Positions 46,048-55,873 of a stretch of DNA of 64,000 nucleotides are shown here, one piece after another. The translations under genes were made by a program, and so were the position numbers. This stretch comes from Fidelibacterota bacterium (GTDB lineage Bacteria; Fidelibacterota; UBA2242), in assembly GCA_049975265.1 (NCBI GenBank), contig JBNGDF010000008.1:47528-111527 (forward strand), written 5' to 3'. How positions within the stretch are numbered: position 1 is the stretch's first letter; each line of letters begins with the position of its first letter. The notes beneath the pieces are model-generated. The model did no database searches and was not told the DNA's origin. It was given only the letters and a program-made list of their open reading frames with translations.

Positions 46048-48537
46048 ATGAAAAAAGTAACAGTGTTAATGGCGATGATTACCTTCGTTTTGTGCGGGAC
46101 TGGTCTCGCGGGAAACATCATTGGTAATCCGGGTTTTGAGGACATCTCGCCGTCGTTCTGGGAGCCGTTGAACGGGACTTTCGGGACGGAGTTGGGAGTC
46201 GGGACAGATACCGCCGTAAATGTGAACAGCGGCTTTCGTTCATTTATGATTACGAAGAGTGCTGCGTCGACTGACATTGTCGGCTGGAAGTCCTGGGATA
46301 ATGCCAATCTGTACTGGAACAATGCTGGTTCGGGGACATTTTCGATCAATGCCGCCATCAAGACGGTGGGTGTCAATACCAATCCGGCGGATGCGGATGC
46401 TCAGATCGGTGTTCTGTTTGAATTCCTGAATGCGTCCGGGACTGAACTGGCGTCGGCGACCCTGCTGGCGGATCAGACTGTCGCCGACAAGGACTGGGAA
46501 TCGCTGAGTGATGTGGTCATGTTGAGTGAAGCGCCGGAGCAGGTGTATGTGACGCTTTATATGGGCAAGAATGCCACGGGAACGGTCTATTTTGACAATG
46601 TTGATTGCAACACGGCGGACAGTTGGACCATGGGTGTATTCAACGGTGGTGCTGAGGATGTCGCCGGGTGGATGGACTGGTATGGTGGTAACGGTAATTA
46701 CACGTATGTGACGGACGAAGAGGCTCACAGCGGTGATTATTCGGTAGTGCTGTATCAGGATGATGATACCACCACGAGTCAGAGTGAGTTGGTTTACTAC
46801 TCACAGCCCTATCCGATTGAAGCGGGCGCATGGTACAAGATCGGTGTCTGGGTGAAGACCGAAGATGTCAATACCACCGGCATGGGTGAATTTATCTATG
46901 CAACCGGTGATTATCATGATGGTGGGATCAACCTCTGCTTTTTCACGCACGGAGGCAATATTGAGACTGAATGGAGTGCCCAGGGTGATCGTTTCATCTA
47001 TATCGATCAGCGGGACAGCACGACAGACTGGACTCACTATGAAGCCGTTCACAAAGCCAAAGACGATGCCACCGGTATTTCGGTACGGGCTCGCTTCAAC
47101 AATTGGGTGACCGGGACTGCCTGGTTTGATGATTTCAGTGTTGAAAAGATCGTCGTTGATAGTGATAATGTTATTGGTAATCCGGGTTTTGAGGACATCT
47201 CGCCGTCGTTCTGGGAGCCGTTGAACGGGACTTTCGGGACGGAGTTGGGAGTCGGGACAGATACCGCCGTAAATGTGAACAGCGGCTTTCGTTCATTTAT
47301 GATTACGAAGAGTGCTGCGTCGACTGACATTGTCGGCTGGAAGTCCTGGGATAATGCCAATCTGTACTGGAACAATGCTGGTTCGGGGACATTTTCGATC
47401 AATGCCGCCATCAAGACGGTGGGTGTCAATACCAATCCGGCGGATGCGGATGCTCAGATCGGTGTTCTGTTTGAATTCCTGAATGCGTCCGGGACTGAAC
47501 TGGCGTCGGCGACCCTGCTGGCGGATCAGACTGTCGCCGACAAGGACTGGGAATCGCTGAGTGATGTGGTCATGTTGAGTGAAGCGCCGGAGCAGGTGTA
47601 TGTGACGCTTTATATGGGCAAGAATGCCACGGGAACGGTCTATTTTGACAATGTTGATTGCAACACGGCGGACAGTTGGACCATGGGTGTATTCAACGGT
47701 GGTGCTGAGGATGTCGCCGGGTGGATGGACTGGTATGGTGGTAACGGTAATTACACGTATGTGACGGACGAAGAGGCTCACAGCGGTGATTATTCGGTAG
47801 TGCTGTATCAGGATGATGATACCACCACGAGTCAGAGTGAGTTGGTTTACTACTCACAGCCCTATCCGATTGAAGCGGGCGCATGGTACAAGATCGGTGT
47901 CTGGGTGAAGACCGAAGATGTCAATACCACCGGCATGGGTGAATTTATCTATGCAACCGGTGATTATCATGATGGTGGGATCAACCTCTGCTTTTTCACG
48001 CACGGAGGCAATATTGAGACTGAATGGAGTGCCCAGGGTGATCGTTTCATCTATATCGATCAGCGGGACAGCACGACAGACTGGACTCACTATGAAGCCG
48101 TTCACAAAGCCAAAGACGATGCCACCGGTATTTCGGTACGGGCTCGCTTCAACAATTGGGTGACCGGGACTGCCTGGTTTGATGATTTCAGCGTTGTCAA
48201 AATGGCTGTGGCTCCTTCCGCCATTGAGCCGGAGAACCGTCAGACGGCTAAGCTACCCGAAAAGTTTGCCCTGAAGCAAAACTATCCGAATCCCTTCAAT
48301 CCGGAGACGACGATTGAGTATGGTTTACCGAAACAGAGCCACGTGACATTGACGATTTACAATGTTCTCGGGCAGCAGGTCAGAATCCTGACCAATACGG
48401 TTCAGCATGCGGGCAATTATTCTATTGTCTGGGATGCAAAAAATGATCGTGGCGAGATGGTTCCGACCGGAATGTATCTCTATGTTCTGACGACAAATGA
48501 GCAGCGTATGACCAGAAAAATGGTCCTGATGCGCTAG
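46048..48537 (+). CDS. Secreted non-catalytic protein with four CBM4/9/16-like beta-sandwich modules (A-B-A-B) and CTD
   Basis: Signal peptide; modules bounded by GNPGFE...VYFDNV and FNGGAE...AWFDDF, each present twice; QNYPNPFNP/FlgD-type CTD. Confidence 0.8.
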   Translation: MKKVTVLMAMITFVLCGTGLAGNIIGNPGFEDISPSFWEPLNGTFGTELGVGTDTAVNVNSGFRSFMITKSAASTDIVGWKSWDNANLYWNNAGSGTFSINAAIKTVGVNTNPADADAQIGVLFEFLNASGTELASATLLADQTVADKDWESLSDVVMLSEAPEQVYVTLYMGKNATGTVYFDNVDCNTADSWTMGVFNGGAEDVAGWMDWYGGNGNYTYVTDEEAHSGDYSVVLYQDDDTTTSQSELVYYSQPYPIEAGAWYKIGVWVKTEDVNTTGMGEFIYATGDYHDGGINLCFFTHGGNIETEWSAQGDRFIYIDQRDSTTDWTHYEAVHKAKDDATGISVRARFNNWVTGTAWFDDFSVEKIVVDSDNVIGNPGFEDISPSFWEPLNGTFGTELGVGTDTAVNVNSGFRSFMITKSAASTDIVGWKSWDNANLYWNNAGSGTFSINAAIKTVGVNTNPADADAQIGVLFEFLNASGTELASATLLADQTVADKDWESLSDVVMLSEAPEQVYVTLYMGKNATGTVYFDNVDCNTADSWTMGVFNGGAEDVAGWMDWYGGNGNYTYVTDEEAHSGDYSVVLYQDDDTTTSQSELVYYSQPYPIEAGAWYKIGVWVKTEDVNTTGMGEFIYATGDYHDGGINLCFFTHGGNIETEWSAQGDRFIYIDQRDSTTDWTHYEAVHKAKDDATGISVRARFNNWVTGTAWFDDFSVVKMAVAPSAIEPENRQTAKLPEKFALKQNYPNPFNPETTIEYGLPKQSHVTLTIYNVLGQQVRILTNTVQHAGNYSIVWDAKNDRGEMVPTGMYLYVLTTNEQRMTRKMVLMR
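46120..48191 (+). repeat. 1019-bp apparently identical tandem direct repeat (46120-47138 = 47173-48191; period 1053 bp)
   Basis: Boundaries read directly; four pairs of alternative-frame ORFs are identical at offset 1053 (e.g. 46240-46728 and 47293-47781). Confidence 0.9.
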
Positions 48538-48549
48538 CCTTGGATTGTG

Positions 48550-48587
48550 AATTCACCGGGGACTTCCCGGTCCCCGGTGAATTTTTT
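48550..48587 (+). terminator. Intrinsic terminator-like hairpin inside the operon
   Basis: 14-bp perfect stem AATTCACCGGGGAC / GTCCCCGGTGAATT, 6-nt loop, followed by TTTT. Confidence 0.75.
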
Positions 48588-48609
48588 AAACGTTGGGAAG
48601 GGTCTTACC

Positions 48610-51261
48610 ATGCGACTTACAATCCGACCATTCATCATCTATTTATTACTGTTTAACTGTGTCTTGTTTGGCGGTACGACGGGTAAAATTGCCGGTCGGA
48701 TCACTGATAAAGAGACAGGCGATCCGCTAATTGGTGTCAATGTTGTCCTTGAAGGGACTATTCACGGAGCCGCAACAGACTATGATGGTTATTACTCGAT
48801 TTTAAATGTCATGCCCGGCGAATATTCCCTCAAAGCAACGATGATTGGTTATCAAACTGTTATTCAGACAAATGTATTGGTAATGGTAGACCTCACCACG
48901 ACAATTAATTTTGAAATGGGCACCGAAACGCTAACCGGCGAGGAGGTGGTAGTGGTTGCCCAGATGCCAATCGTCAAAAAAGATGTTACCTCTACCTCAT
49001 TCCGGGTCAATGCCGACCAGATTCAGCAGTTGCAGGTTGAGAATCTCAGTGAGATCATCGATCTTCAGGCAGGAGTGGTCGAAGGGCATTTCCGGGGCGG
49101 TCGTGCCGGTGAGGTAATGTATATCGTGGATGGTGTTCCCATGAATGATTCCTATTCCGGGGACAATCTCTTTGATATCGAAAGTGATATGATCCAGGAG
49201 GTGGAGGTGATCAGCGGAACCTTCAATGCCGAATACGGACAGGCAATGTCGGGGATTGTGAATATTGTGACCAAAGAGGGGCAGGATTATTATTCCGGAA
49301 AGGTATCGGTTTACGCCGGTGATTATCTGAGTAATCATACCGAAACATTTATGCATATCGATGATATTGATCCCGCGTCCATCACAAATTTTCAGATGAG
49401 TGTGAGTGGTCCTGTCCCGCTGCTGCGGGACAGATTGTCATTTTCACTTCTAGGGCGAATATATAATAACGACGGTTGGCAGTACGGACAGCGAATTTTC
49501 CGACCCGGCGATTACTCCTATTTTTCCGAAAAAGAGGAAGAACAGTTCATTCAGTCGACTGGCGACAGTACTTATGTTCCCATGAATCCGAATTACCGGA
49601 AAACCCTGCAGGGGAAGTTGAGTCTGAAACTGACCCAGCGGGCGAAATTGAACTATACCGGTTTCTATGAAGATGACCAACATCGCGACTTCGATCGCCT
49701 GTTTAAGTACAATCCCGATGGAAATTATCATCATTTTAGTGACAGTTATCAGCATTCATTGCAATTTACCTACATGTTCGGAAAAGGTACTTTTATCACC
49801 GCCAACGCTTCTGAAGCCTTAACGGAGTATGCTCAGTATGTATATGAGGACCCATTTGATCCTAGATATGTGCCCATCGAATACCTGACGCAAAACAACT
49901 CCAACGGCTTCTCCACCGGCGGGATGCGCATGTGGCATCATTGGCGCAGTAACCGTACCCGGATATTAAAAATGGACCTGCGGAGTCAGGTCACCAAAAA
50001 TCAGACAGTCGGTCTGGGTGTCAGCTATAAGAAAGTCAAACTCTGGCTGCATGAGTATCAGCTCTATTTTGATGAAAATGACATCATCCGAATCCCCTCG
50101 GATTCATCCTGGTATAATAACTCCTACACCCATTATCCGGAAGAGATATCGGCTTATATTCAGGATAAACTCGAATTAGGGGAGATGATCATCAATCTGG
50201 GAGTCCGGTACGATTATTTCAATCCCGACGGTGTCGTCCCGCAAAATTTTTATAATACCGTCGATGCGCCAAAACGACCGGCGAAAACATCCAGTCAATT
50301 CAGCCCGCGGATTGGTATCGCATATCCCATCTCCGATCAGGGGGTCATTCACTTTTCCTACGGTCACTTTTTCCAGGTGCCCAATTATGAGCATCTGTAT
50401 ATCAACCCCGACTTTGAGGTATCGCTCATTCAGCTCAAAGGAGATCAGCCGCCCCGGGGCAGTTTTAATATTATGGGAAATGCCGAACTCCAACCGGAAA
50501 AGACGGTCAGTTACGAAATTGGAATCAAACAGAGCATCACCTCCAATCTTTCAATCGATGTCACCGGATATAACAAAGATATTCGTGATCTGATCGGACA
50601 GATTACCTATCGGGATATTTTCGGGGGGCGCTACTGGTATTTTATAAACCGGGATTATGCCAATGTCAAAGGTATAACTGTTGCCCTGGAGATGCGCGAA
50701 ACGCCCGGCTCGGTGGGTTTTTCCGTTGATTATACCTATCAATCGGCGACCGGCAATGCCTCCGATCCGCTGGATGAGTCCCGGAACCAGGAGTCAGAAC
50801 CGCCCATTCAGTCGGAAAAGAAGCGGCGACCGCTGGATTGGGACCAGACTCATTCACTGAATTTGACCACCACGACGACTCAGATGAATTACCATATCAG
50901 CCTGATCGGCAAGATTGGCAGCGGCACGCCGTATACCCGCGAGTCCCCTTACTATAATAATCGGATTTTAAATGGTGAACGCAAACCGATGACGATGACC
51001 TTTGATCTGAATATCACCAGAGATTTTCGCTTTAAAGCCATGGTGGTATCCCCTTTTATCAAAATTACCAATCTGTTTGACCGCAAAAATAACCGGGAGG
51101 TTTATGTCTCCAGCGGCACTGCAGATTACGATTATAATATGATATTCGAAACCTACCGCGGATATAAAACCCAGGAAGAATGGTATATTCAGCCCAATTT
51201 TTATGATGAACCCCGTAAGGTAATTGTGGGTTGCTCCGTCAATTTTGGTAGAAATAATTGA
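48610..51261 (+). CDS. TonB-dependent receptor, same class as 5170-8424
   Basis: GTTGKIAGRITDKETGDPLIGVNVVLEGT; HFRGGR..EVMYIVDG; VISGTFNAEYGQAMSGIVNIVTKEG; AYIQDK, NLGVRYDYF, FSPRIGIAYPI, GNAELQPEKTVSYEIG, PLDWDQTH. Confidence 0.92.
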   Translation: MRLTIRPFIIYLLLFNCVLFGGTTGKIAGRITDKETGDPLIGVNVVLEGTIHGAATDYDGYYSILNVMPGEYSLKATMIGYQTVIQTNVLVMVDLTTTINFEMGTETLTGEEVVVVAQMPIVKKDVTSTSFRVNADQIQQLQVENLSEIIDLQAGVVEGHFRGGRAGEVMYIVDGVPMNDSYSGDNLFDIESDMIQEVEVISGTFNAEYGQAMSGIVNIVTKEGQDYYSGKVSVYAGDYLSNHTETFMHIDDIDPASITNFQMSVSGPVPLLRDRLSFSLLGRIYNNDGWQYGQRIFRPGDYSYFSEKEEEQFIQSTGDSTYVPMNPNYRKTLQGKLSLKLTQRAKLNYTGFYEDDQHRDFDRLFKYNPDGNYHHFSDSYQHSLQFTYMFGKGTFITANASEALTEYAQYVYEDPFDPRYVPIEYLTQNNSNGFSTGGMRMWHHWRSNRTRILKMDLRSQVTKNQTVGLGVSYKKVKLWLHEYQLYFDENDIIRIPSDSSWYNNSYTHYPEEISAYIQDKLELGEMIINLGVRYDYFNPDGVVPQNFYNTVDAPKRPAKTSSQFSPRIGIAYPISDQGVIHFSYGHFFQVPNYEHLYINPDFEVSLIQLKGDQPPRGSFNIMGNAELQPEKTVSYEIGIKQSITSNLSIDVTGYNKDIRDLIGQITYRDIFGGRYWYFINRDYANVKGITVALEMRETPGSVGFSVDYTYQSATGNASDPLDESRNQESEPPIQSEKKRRPLDWDQTHSLNLTTTTTQMNYHISLIGKIGSGTPYTRESPYYNNRILNGERKPMTMTFDLNITRDFRFKAMVVSPFIKITNLFDRKNNREVYVSSGTADYDYNMIFETYRGYKTQEEWYIQPNFYDEPRKVIVGCSVNFGRNN

Positions 51262-51284
51262 GAATACTTATGAAGATGATCAAT

Positions 51285-54200
51285 ATGAAACGAAATCTGC
51301 TTTGGATGGTAATCATTATTTGTTGCAGTATTGTCCTTGAAGCGCAGACGCCGCCCAGCATGCGCGGTCACCGGCAATATCGCCGCCGCGGATTAATGAA
51401 TGGCAACCTGGTATTTACCTTTTTCTGGAACTATTGTGAGATCGGCAGCTATCCGGATGATCCCTCCGGCTGCTGGCCAAAACCGGAGCAGCATTATCTG
51501 GATGATATTACCCTGATTGTTTCGGTGGAGGCGATCAACGGCGATGGCGACGTAATTCATCCCATGGAGACTCAGTATCGGGAATTTGTCGATGTATCAC
51601 CCGAAGGTGTGCCCTGGGGATTCGAAGCCCAGCCAAACTGGTTCAACATGGACCAAAACGCCAATACGTCACCGGCGCTGAGCAATAATTCTGTTACCTG
51701 GCCGGAGTACTGGCCGGATAGACCGCTTTCCTGGGCGGGTCACTGGAACGGTTTTTTCGGCAAGGGAATTTTTAATGCCGATCTGGAAACGGTGTTTGTC
51801 TTTGATGATAATGCGGATAAAGAAGTAAACCTTGACATGAATTTTTATTGTGATGAGCGGGATTCGACCCGCGGTGGAGTCGGGCTGGTAGTCAAAGCTA
51901 GGGGCTTTCAGTGGAGTCAGGTACTGGCGGAAGATTGTATCTTCTGGTTGTATGATATCATGAATGAATCCACCCATGATTACCTGAAATCCTATTTTTC
52001 ACAGTACATCGATTGGGGAATCGGCGGGGTCGTAGGCCAAAGCGGTGTGCAGAATATTGGTGAGTACGATCTGGATTTGGATATCGCCTTTGCCTATGCT
52101 CCTCCCGGTGCGGTCGGAACGCCCGGTAACTGGTTTCCGATAGGTTATGCCGGTTATGCGTTTCTGGAGAGTCCTGGAATAGACTCAGATAGCAAAGATA
52201 ACGACGGTGATGGACTCATTGATGAGTCCCGCGAAAGTAATGGGCCGGGTGAATATCTGGATACCTATCCCTACGGTGTGAATAATGTTGAGGCGTTTGT
52301 CCGGTTTTACGGATATGAACCGCGACCACATTGGTCGAGTGACGAGGATTGTGACTGGACCCCTTACACAGATGTCAATGGAAATGGTCGCTGGGATTCG
52401 GAAGAACCATTAAATGATGATGTCGGTGAAGATGGAGTCGGTCCTTATGACCTACATTACGAAGGTCCTGATGTAGGTGAGGGAGACGGTTTACCCACAA
52501 ACGGTGAACCGAATTATAACGCTACAGATCCAGATGAATCAGATCAGATTGGTCTGACCGGTTTTGATATTTTTCCGACCCACCGGTACGAATTGATCAA
52601 TGATGAGGAAAACTGGGGCGTTTTCAGCCGCCTGCCCCCACCGCTGAATATGCTGGAGCAACCCAACAATTTAAGTATGTTTTTTTCCTCGGGGTCATTT
52701 CCGTTATTAATGAATCAGACCGAGCGCTACTCCATGGCTTTGCTGTTCGGTGAAGATAAAGACGACCTGGTGAAAAACAAGAAGGCAGTTCAGCAGATTT
52801 ACAATGCCGATTACCAGTTTGCCAAGCCACCTCTGAAACCTACGCTCACACTCTATCCGGGTGACGGTGAAGTAACCCTTGTATGGGATGATATTGCCGA
52901 GAAATCCTTCGACCCTTTTCTGCAGGAGTATGATTTCGAGGGATATATGATTTACCGGGGAACGGAACCGCAATTTCTGGAAAGTAAGGTCATTACCGAT
53001 GCCTACGGAAATACCACCTATCGTAAACCGATTGCCCAATTTGACCTGATTGACGGGAAAAAGGGTCCTCATCCGGTTGATATTTACGGAATTAAATTCA
53101 ATCTCGGCGATGATACGGGTATTCGGCATGCCTATACGGACAAGGATGTGAAAAACGGACAAACCTATTACTACGCCATTGTGTCCTATGATTACGGTTA
53201 TTATACATACACCGGTGATGGCGTCGAAGGTCTCCAGCCTTCGGAATGTTCGGCAATTATCAATATGAATTCACTTGGTCAGGTCACCTTTACGGATATT
53301 AACTGCGGAATTGCGACGCCCCGACCGGCGGCGGCGGGCTATATCCCGGCACAGATGGATGGTGATATTGATCATGTCGGACCCGGCTCCGGTCGTATTG
53401 AAATTGATATTGTTAAAAAGTATAAGATTCCCTCCGGTAAAACAACCTATGAGCTTGCCTTTCTGGAAGATACAAAATTCCATACCGAAACGCACCCTTA
53501 CTATTCTATCCGGAATGTGGTGGCGGATACTTTGACACTAGACAGCATCTATGTCGGTCCATACGGTGCTGAAAGCCCCATATTTGACGGAATTACCGTA
53601 ACGGTTTACAATGACACCACAATCCAAATTGACGACGACAGGTCCGGTTTTATCACTGGAAATTCTGACTATGTTCCAAAAATTCGGCTGGACCCCCGCA
53701 ATGAGGACGTAAATGGTTACCGGGTAAATCTGGAACAACCTTCTGATTACATCATCACCTTTTATGATTCTGTCTATACCACATCTCAGAACGTATTTGG
53801 AATCAAATCGATCCCTTCGTCTGTGGGCGTATATAATGTGACCGATTCCGCCGAAGCGCCCTATGCCTTGATGGATCTGGATAAAGACGGAAAATATAGT
53901 CATGGTGACGATATCATCCTGATCGTTCCCGATGCCGATTTCTTCTATAAACGTCATACAACTTGGATGATCCGGTTTGCCCCGCTGTTTGAAATTGATA
54001 CCGTATTGGTGAATGGAATACCTCAGGCGGATACCACCTGGCTGACCGTTGATCCGCCGCAGCCGGGAGATCAATATTTTCTGGCTACCAGAAAGCCCTT
54101 TCGGTTGGGTGATGTATTCCGTTTTACAATGCAGGGCGCCGACTCCAGCAACGCATTGGCTAAAGATGAACTGGAGAATATTTGTGTGGTGCCCAATCCC

Positions 54201-54485
54201 TATGTCGTGACGGCATCCTGGGAACCGCGGAACATGTATAAATATGGTCGGGGTGAGCGCCGCCTGCATTTTTATCATTTACCAAAGGATTGTACGATTC
54301 GAATCTACAATCTGCGTGGCCATTTAGTAGATACAATTGAGCATCACAGTACCGCAGACGACGGCATGGAGCCCTGGGATATTCTATCCAAGGATGAAAA
54401 TGAGATTGCTTACGGTATCTATATTTATCATGTGGATGCACCGGGAATCGGCGAAAAAATCGGGAGGTTCGCGCTGATTAAATGA
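51285..54485 (+). CDS. Large secreted protein with acidic DxDxDG loops, FN3-like domain and variant 'VPNPY' CTD
   Basis: Signal peptide; DNDGDGLIDE, DVNGNGRWD; PPLKPTL...VTLVWD...FEGYMIYR...YTDKDVKNGQTYYYAIVSYD; C-terminal NICVVPNPY...FYHLPKDCTIRIYNLRG...WDILSK...YGIYIYHV...RFALIK. Confidence 0.75.
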   Translation: MKRNLLWMVIIICCSIVLEAQTPPSMRGHRQYRRRGLMNGNLVFTFFWNYCEIGSYPDDPSGCWPKPEQHYLDDITLIVSVEAINGDGDVIHPMETQYREFVDVSPEGVPWGFEAQPNWFNMDQNANTSPALSNNSVTWPEYWPDRPLSWAGHWNGFFGKGIFNADLETVFVFDDNADKEVNLDMNFYCDERDSTRGGVGLVVKARGFQWSQVLAEDCIFWLYDIMNESTHDYLKSYFSQYIDWGIGGVVGQSGVQNIGEYDLDLDIAFAYAPPGAVGTPGNWFPIGYAGYAFLESPGIDSDSKDNDGDGLIDESRESNGPGEYLDTYPYGVNNVEAFVRFYGYEPRPHWSSDEDCDWTPYTDVNGNGRWDSEEPLNDDVGEDGVGPYDLHYEGPDVGEGDGLPTNGEPNYNATDPDESDQIGLTGFDIFPTHRYELINDEENWGVFSRLPPPLNMLEQPNNLSMFFSSGSFPLLMNQTERYSMALLFGEDKDDLVKNKKAVQQIYNADYQFAKPPLKPTLTLYPGDGEVTLVWDDIAEKSFDPFLQEYDFEGYMIYRGTEPQFLESKVITDAYGNTTYRKPIAQFDLIDGKKGPHPVDIYGIKFNLGDDTGIRHAYTDKDVKNGQTYYYAIVSYDYGYYTYTGDGVEGLQPSECSAIINMNSLGQVTFTDINCGIATPRPAAAGYIPAQMDGDIDHVGPGSGRIEIDIVKKYKIPSGKTTYELAFLEDTKFHTETHPYYSIRNVVADTLTLDSIYVGPYGAESPIFDGITVTVYNDTTIQIDDDRSGFITGNSDYVPKIRLDPRNEDVNGYRVNLEQPSDYIITFYDSVYTTSQNVFGIKSIPSSVGVYNVTDSAEAPYALMDLDKDGKYSHGDDIILIVPDADFFYKRHTTWMIRFAPLFEIDTVLVNGIPQADTTWLTVDPPQPGDQYFLATRKPFRLGDVFRFTMQGADSSNALAKDELENICVVPNPYVVTASWEPRNMYKYGRGERRLHFYHLPKDCTIRIYNLRGHLVDTIEHHSTADDGMEPWDILSKDENEIAYGIYIYHVDAPGIGEKIGRFALIK

Positions 54486-55873
54486 GAATACTTGCACCCT
54501 ATAAAAAACTAGGCTTGACCGGAATCGGTGCGATCCTGTTCCTGATTAATTTTCAATGTGGAACAGGCGAACCGGAATCGCCGGTTGTGGCAATAGTGGA
54601 GGATCGTCTGATCCGTGCCGGTGAATTTGCCTATGCCTATGAACTGGCTCCCCGGGAATTGACACGGCTTGACAAACTGGATGCCCGTCTGGCGGTTCTG
54701 GACCGGCTGACCGACCGGATCGTGCTGGCGCGGGAAGCTGAAAAGCTGGGGCTTGACCGGGCGGATACCCTGCTTCAGCGCGCCCTTGACCTCTACAGGA
54801 GACAGGCGATTAATCGGGAACTATATCGTAAATATATCCGTACCCCGATAGCTGTTAGTGAAGATGAAGAGCGGGAGGCATTCCGCCGATCGAAAATTCG
54901 CTACTATATCCGTCATTTTGAGAGTGAAGTACAAGAAGAAGCCAAGAGTGTGGTCGCCGGAAGCAGACCCTTTGAGCATAAACCGCTCTATCCGGGAGTC
55001 GAGACGATTCAGATGGAGCCCTTTGGATATGTGGATGTTATACCCTGGCGGGACATTCCGGCGAATATAGAGGAACTGATCGTCAGTCTACCAATGTATC
55101 AGATATCCGAACCGGTTTTCTTAAATGGGCATTATCACCTGTTTCAGGTTGTCGAACAGGAAAGAGAAATTCTTCTCCGTGAAAATGATTTTTTCGCCAA
55201 CCGCGAATCACTTCGGGGCATTCTCAGGAAGCGCAAGGAGGCAGTCGCCGCATCCGCCTTTGTACAGGATGTTATGGCACCGCAGGGATTGATCATCAAA
55301 GCGGATGCTCTAAATCGCCTGACCGATCAGCTCTGGCAACAGCGTCCGGCAGGCAATGCGGAGCAGATGGAGTACATCGCTAATTCTGAAATAAGATCAA
55401 TTACACAGAACAGCTCAGACCTCGCCCGCCAGACGATTGCGGTTTTTCGGGATGGTGAAATGACAGTGGGGGATATTTTATTCCATTATAAAGTAAACCC
55501 GCAAAAAATCGGTTACAAAAGCAAACTTGCCCTGAGGGAGAGCCTGAAAAATGCCGTAGCGCTGTATGTCCGGGACTGGGTGTTTTCCGAAAAGGGCATT
55601 GCCGAAAAATTGAACCGGTCGCCTGTGGTAAAAGAGGAGTTGCGGACCCGGCGGGAATTTTTACTGGCTCAGAAAATGATAAACCGGCTGTATCGGGAGC
55701 AGGCAAATGAAGACATGTCGGATGAAGAATTTCAGAAAGTGCTGATTGCCTATACCCGGAATTTAAAAGAAAATGCCACAATTCAGGTTTTTGAAGAACG
55801 TCTGATGGCAGTGAATACTTCCGATGAGGGGCTGTCGCGAAAGATCGATTTTATTGCTGTCCAAACGCAATGA
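54482..55873 (+). CDS. SurA/PrsA/PpiC-like chaperone; probable lipoprotein
   Basis: Cys after a hydrophobic stretch (INFQC); VVAIV...VLAREAEKLGL, VSEDEEREAF, ISEPV...YHLFQV pattern; duplicated helical domain (TIAVF..GEMTVGD). Confidence 0.6.
   Translation: MRILAPYKKLGLTGIGAILFLINFQCGTGEPESPVVAIVEDRLIRAGEFAYAYELAPRELTRLDKLDARLAVLDRLTDRIVLAREAEKLGLDRADTLLQRALDLYRRQAINRELYRKYIRTPIAVSEDEEREAFRRSKIRYYIRHFESEVQEEAKSVVAGSRPFEHKPLYPGVETIQMEPFGYVDVIPWRDIPANIEELIVSLPMYQISEPVFLNGHYHLFQVVEQEREILLRENDFFANRESLRGILRKRKEAVAASAFVQDVMAPQGLIIKADALNRLTDQLWQQRPAGNAEQMEYIANSEIRSITQNSSDLARQTIAVFRDGEMTVGDILFHYKVNPQKIGYKSKLALRESLKNAVALYVRDWVFSEKGIAEKLNRSPVVKEELRTRREFLLAQKMINRLYREQANEDMSDEEFQKVLIAYTRNLKENATIQVFEERLMAVNTSDEGLSRKIDFIAVQTQ

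Noticed and set aside
46120..48191. Diversity-generating retroelement template/variable repeat pair (also considered for 14744-15872)
   Set aside because: The copies show no adenine-specific mismatches, both are in-frame coding, and there is no reverse transcriptase in the window.
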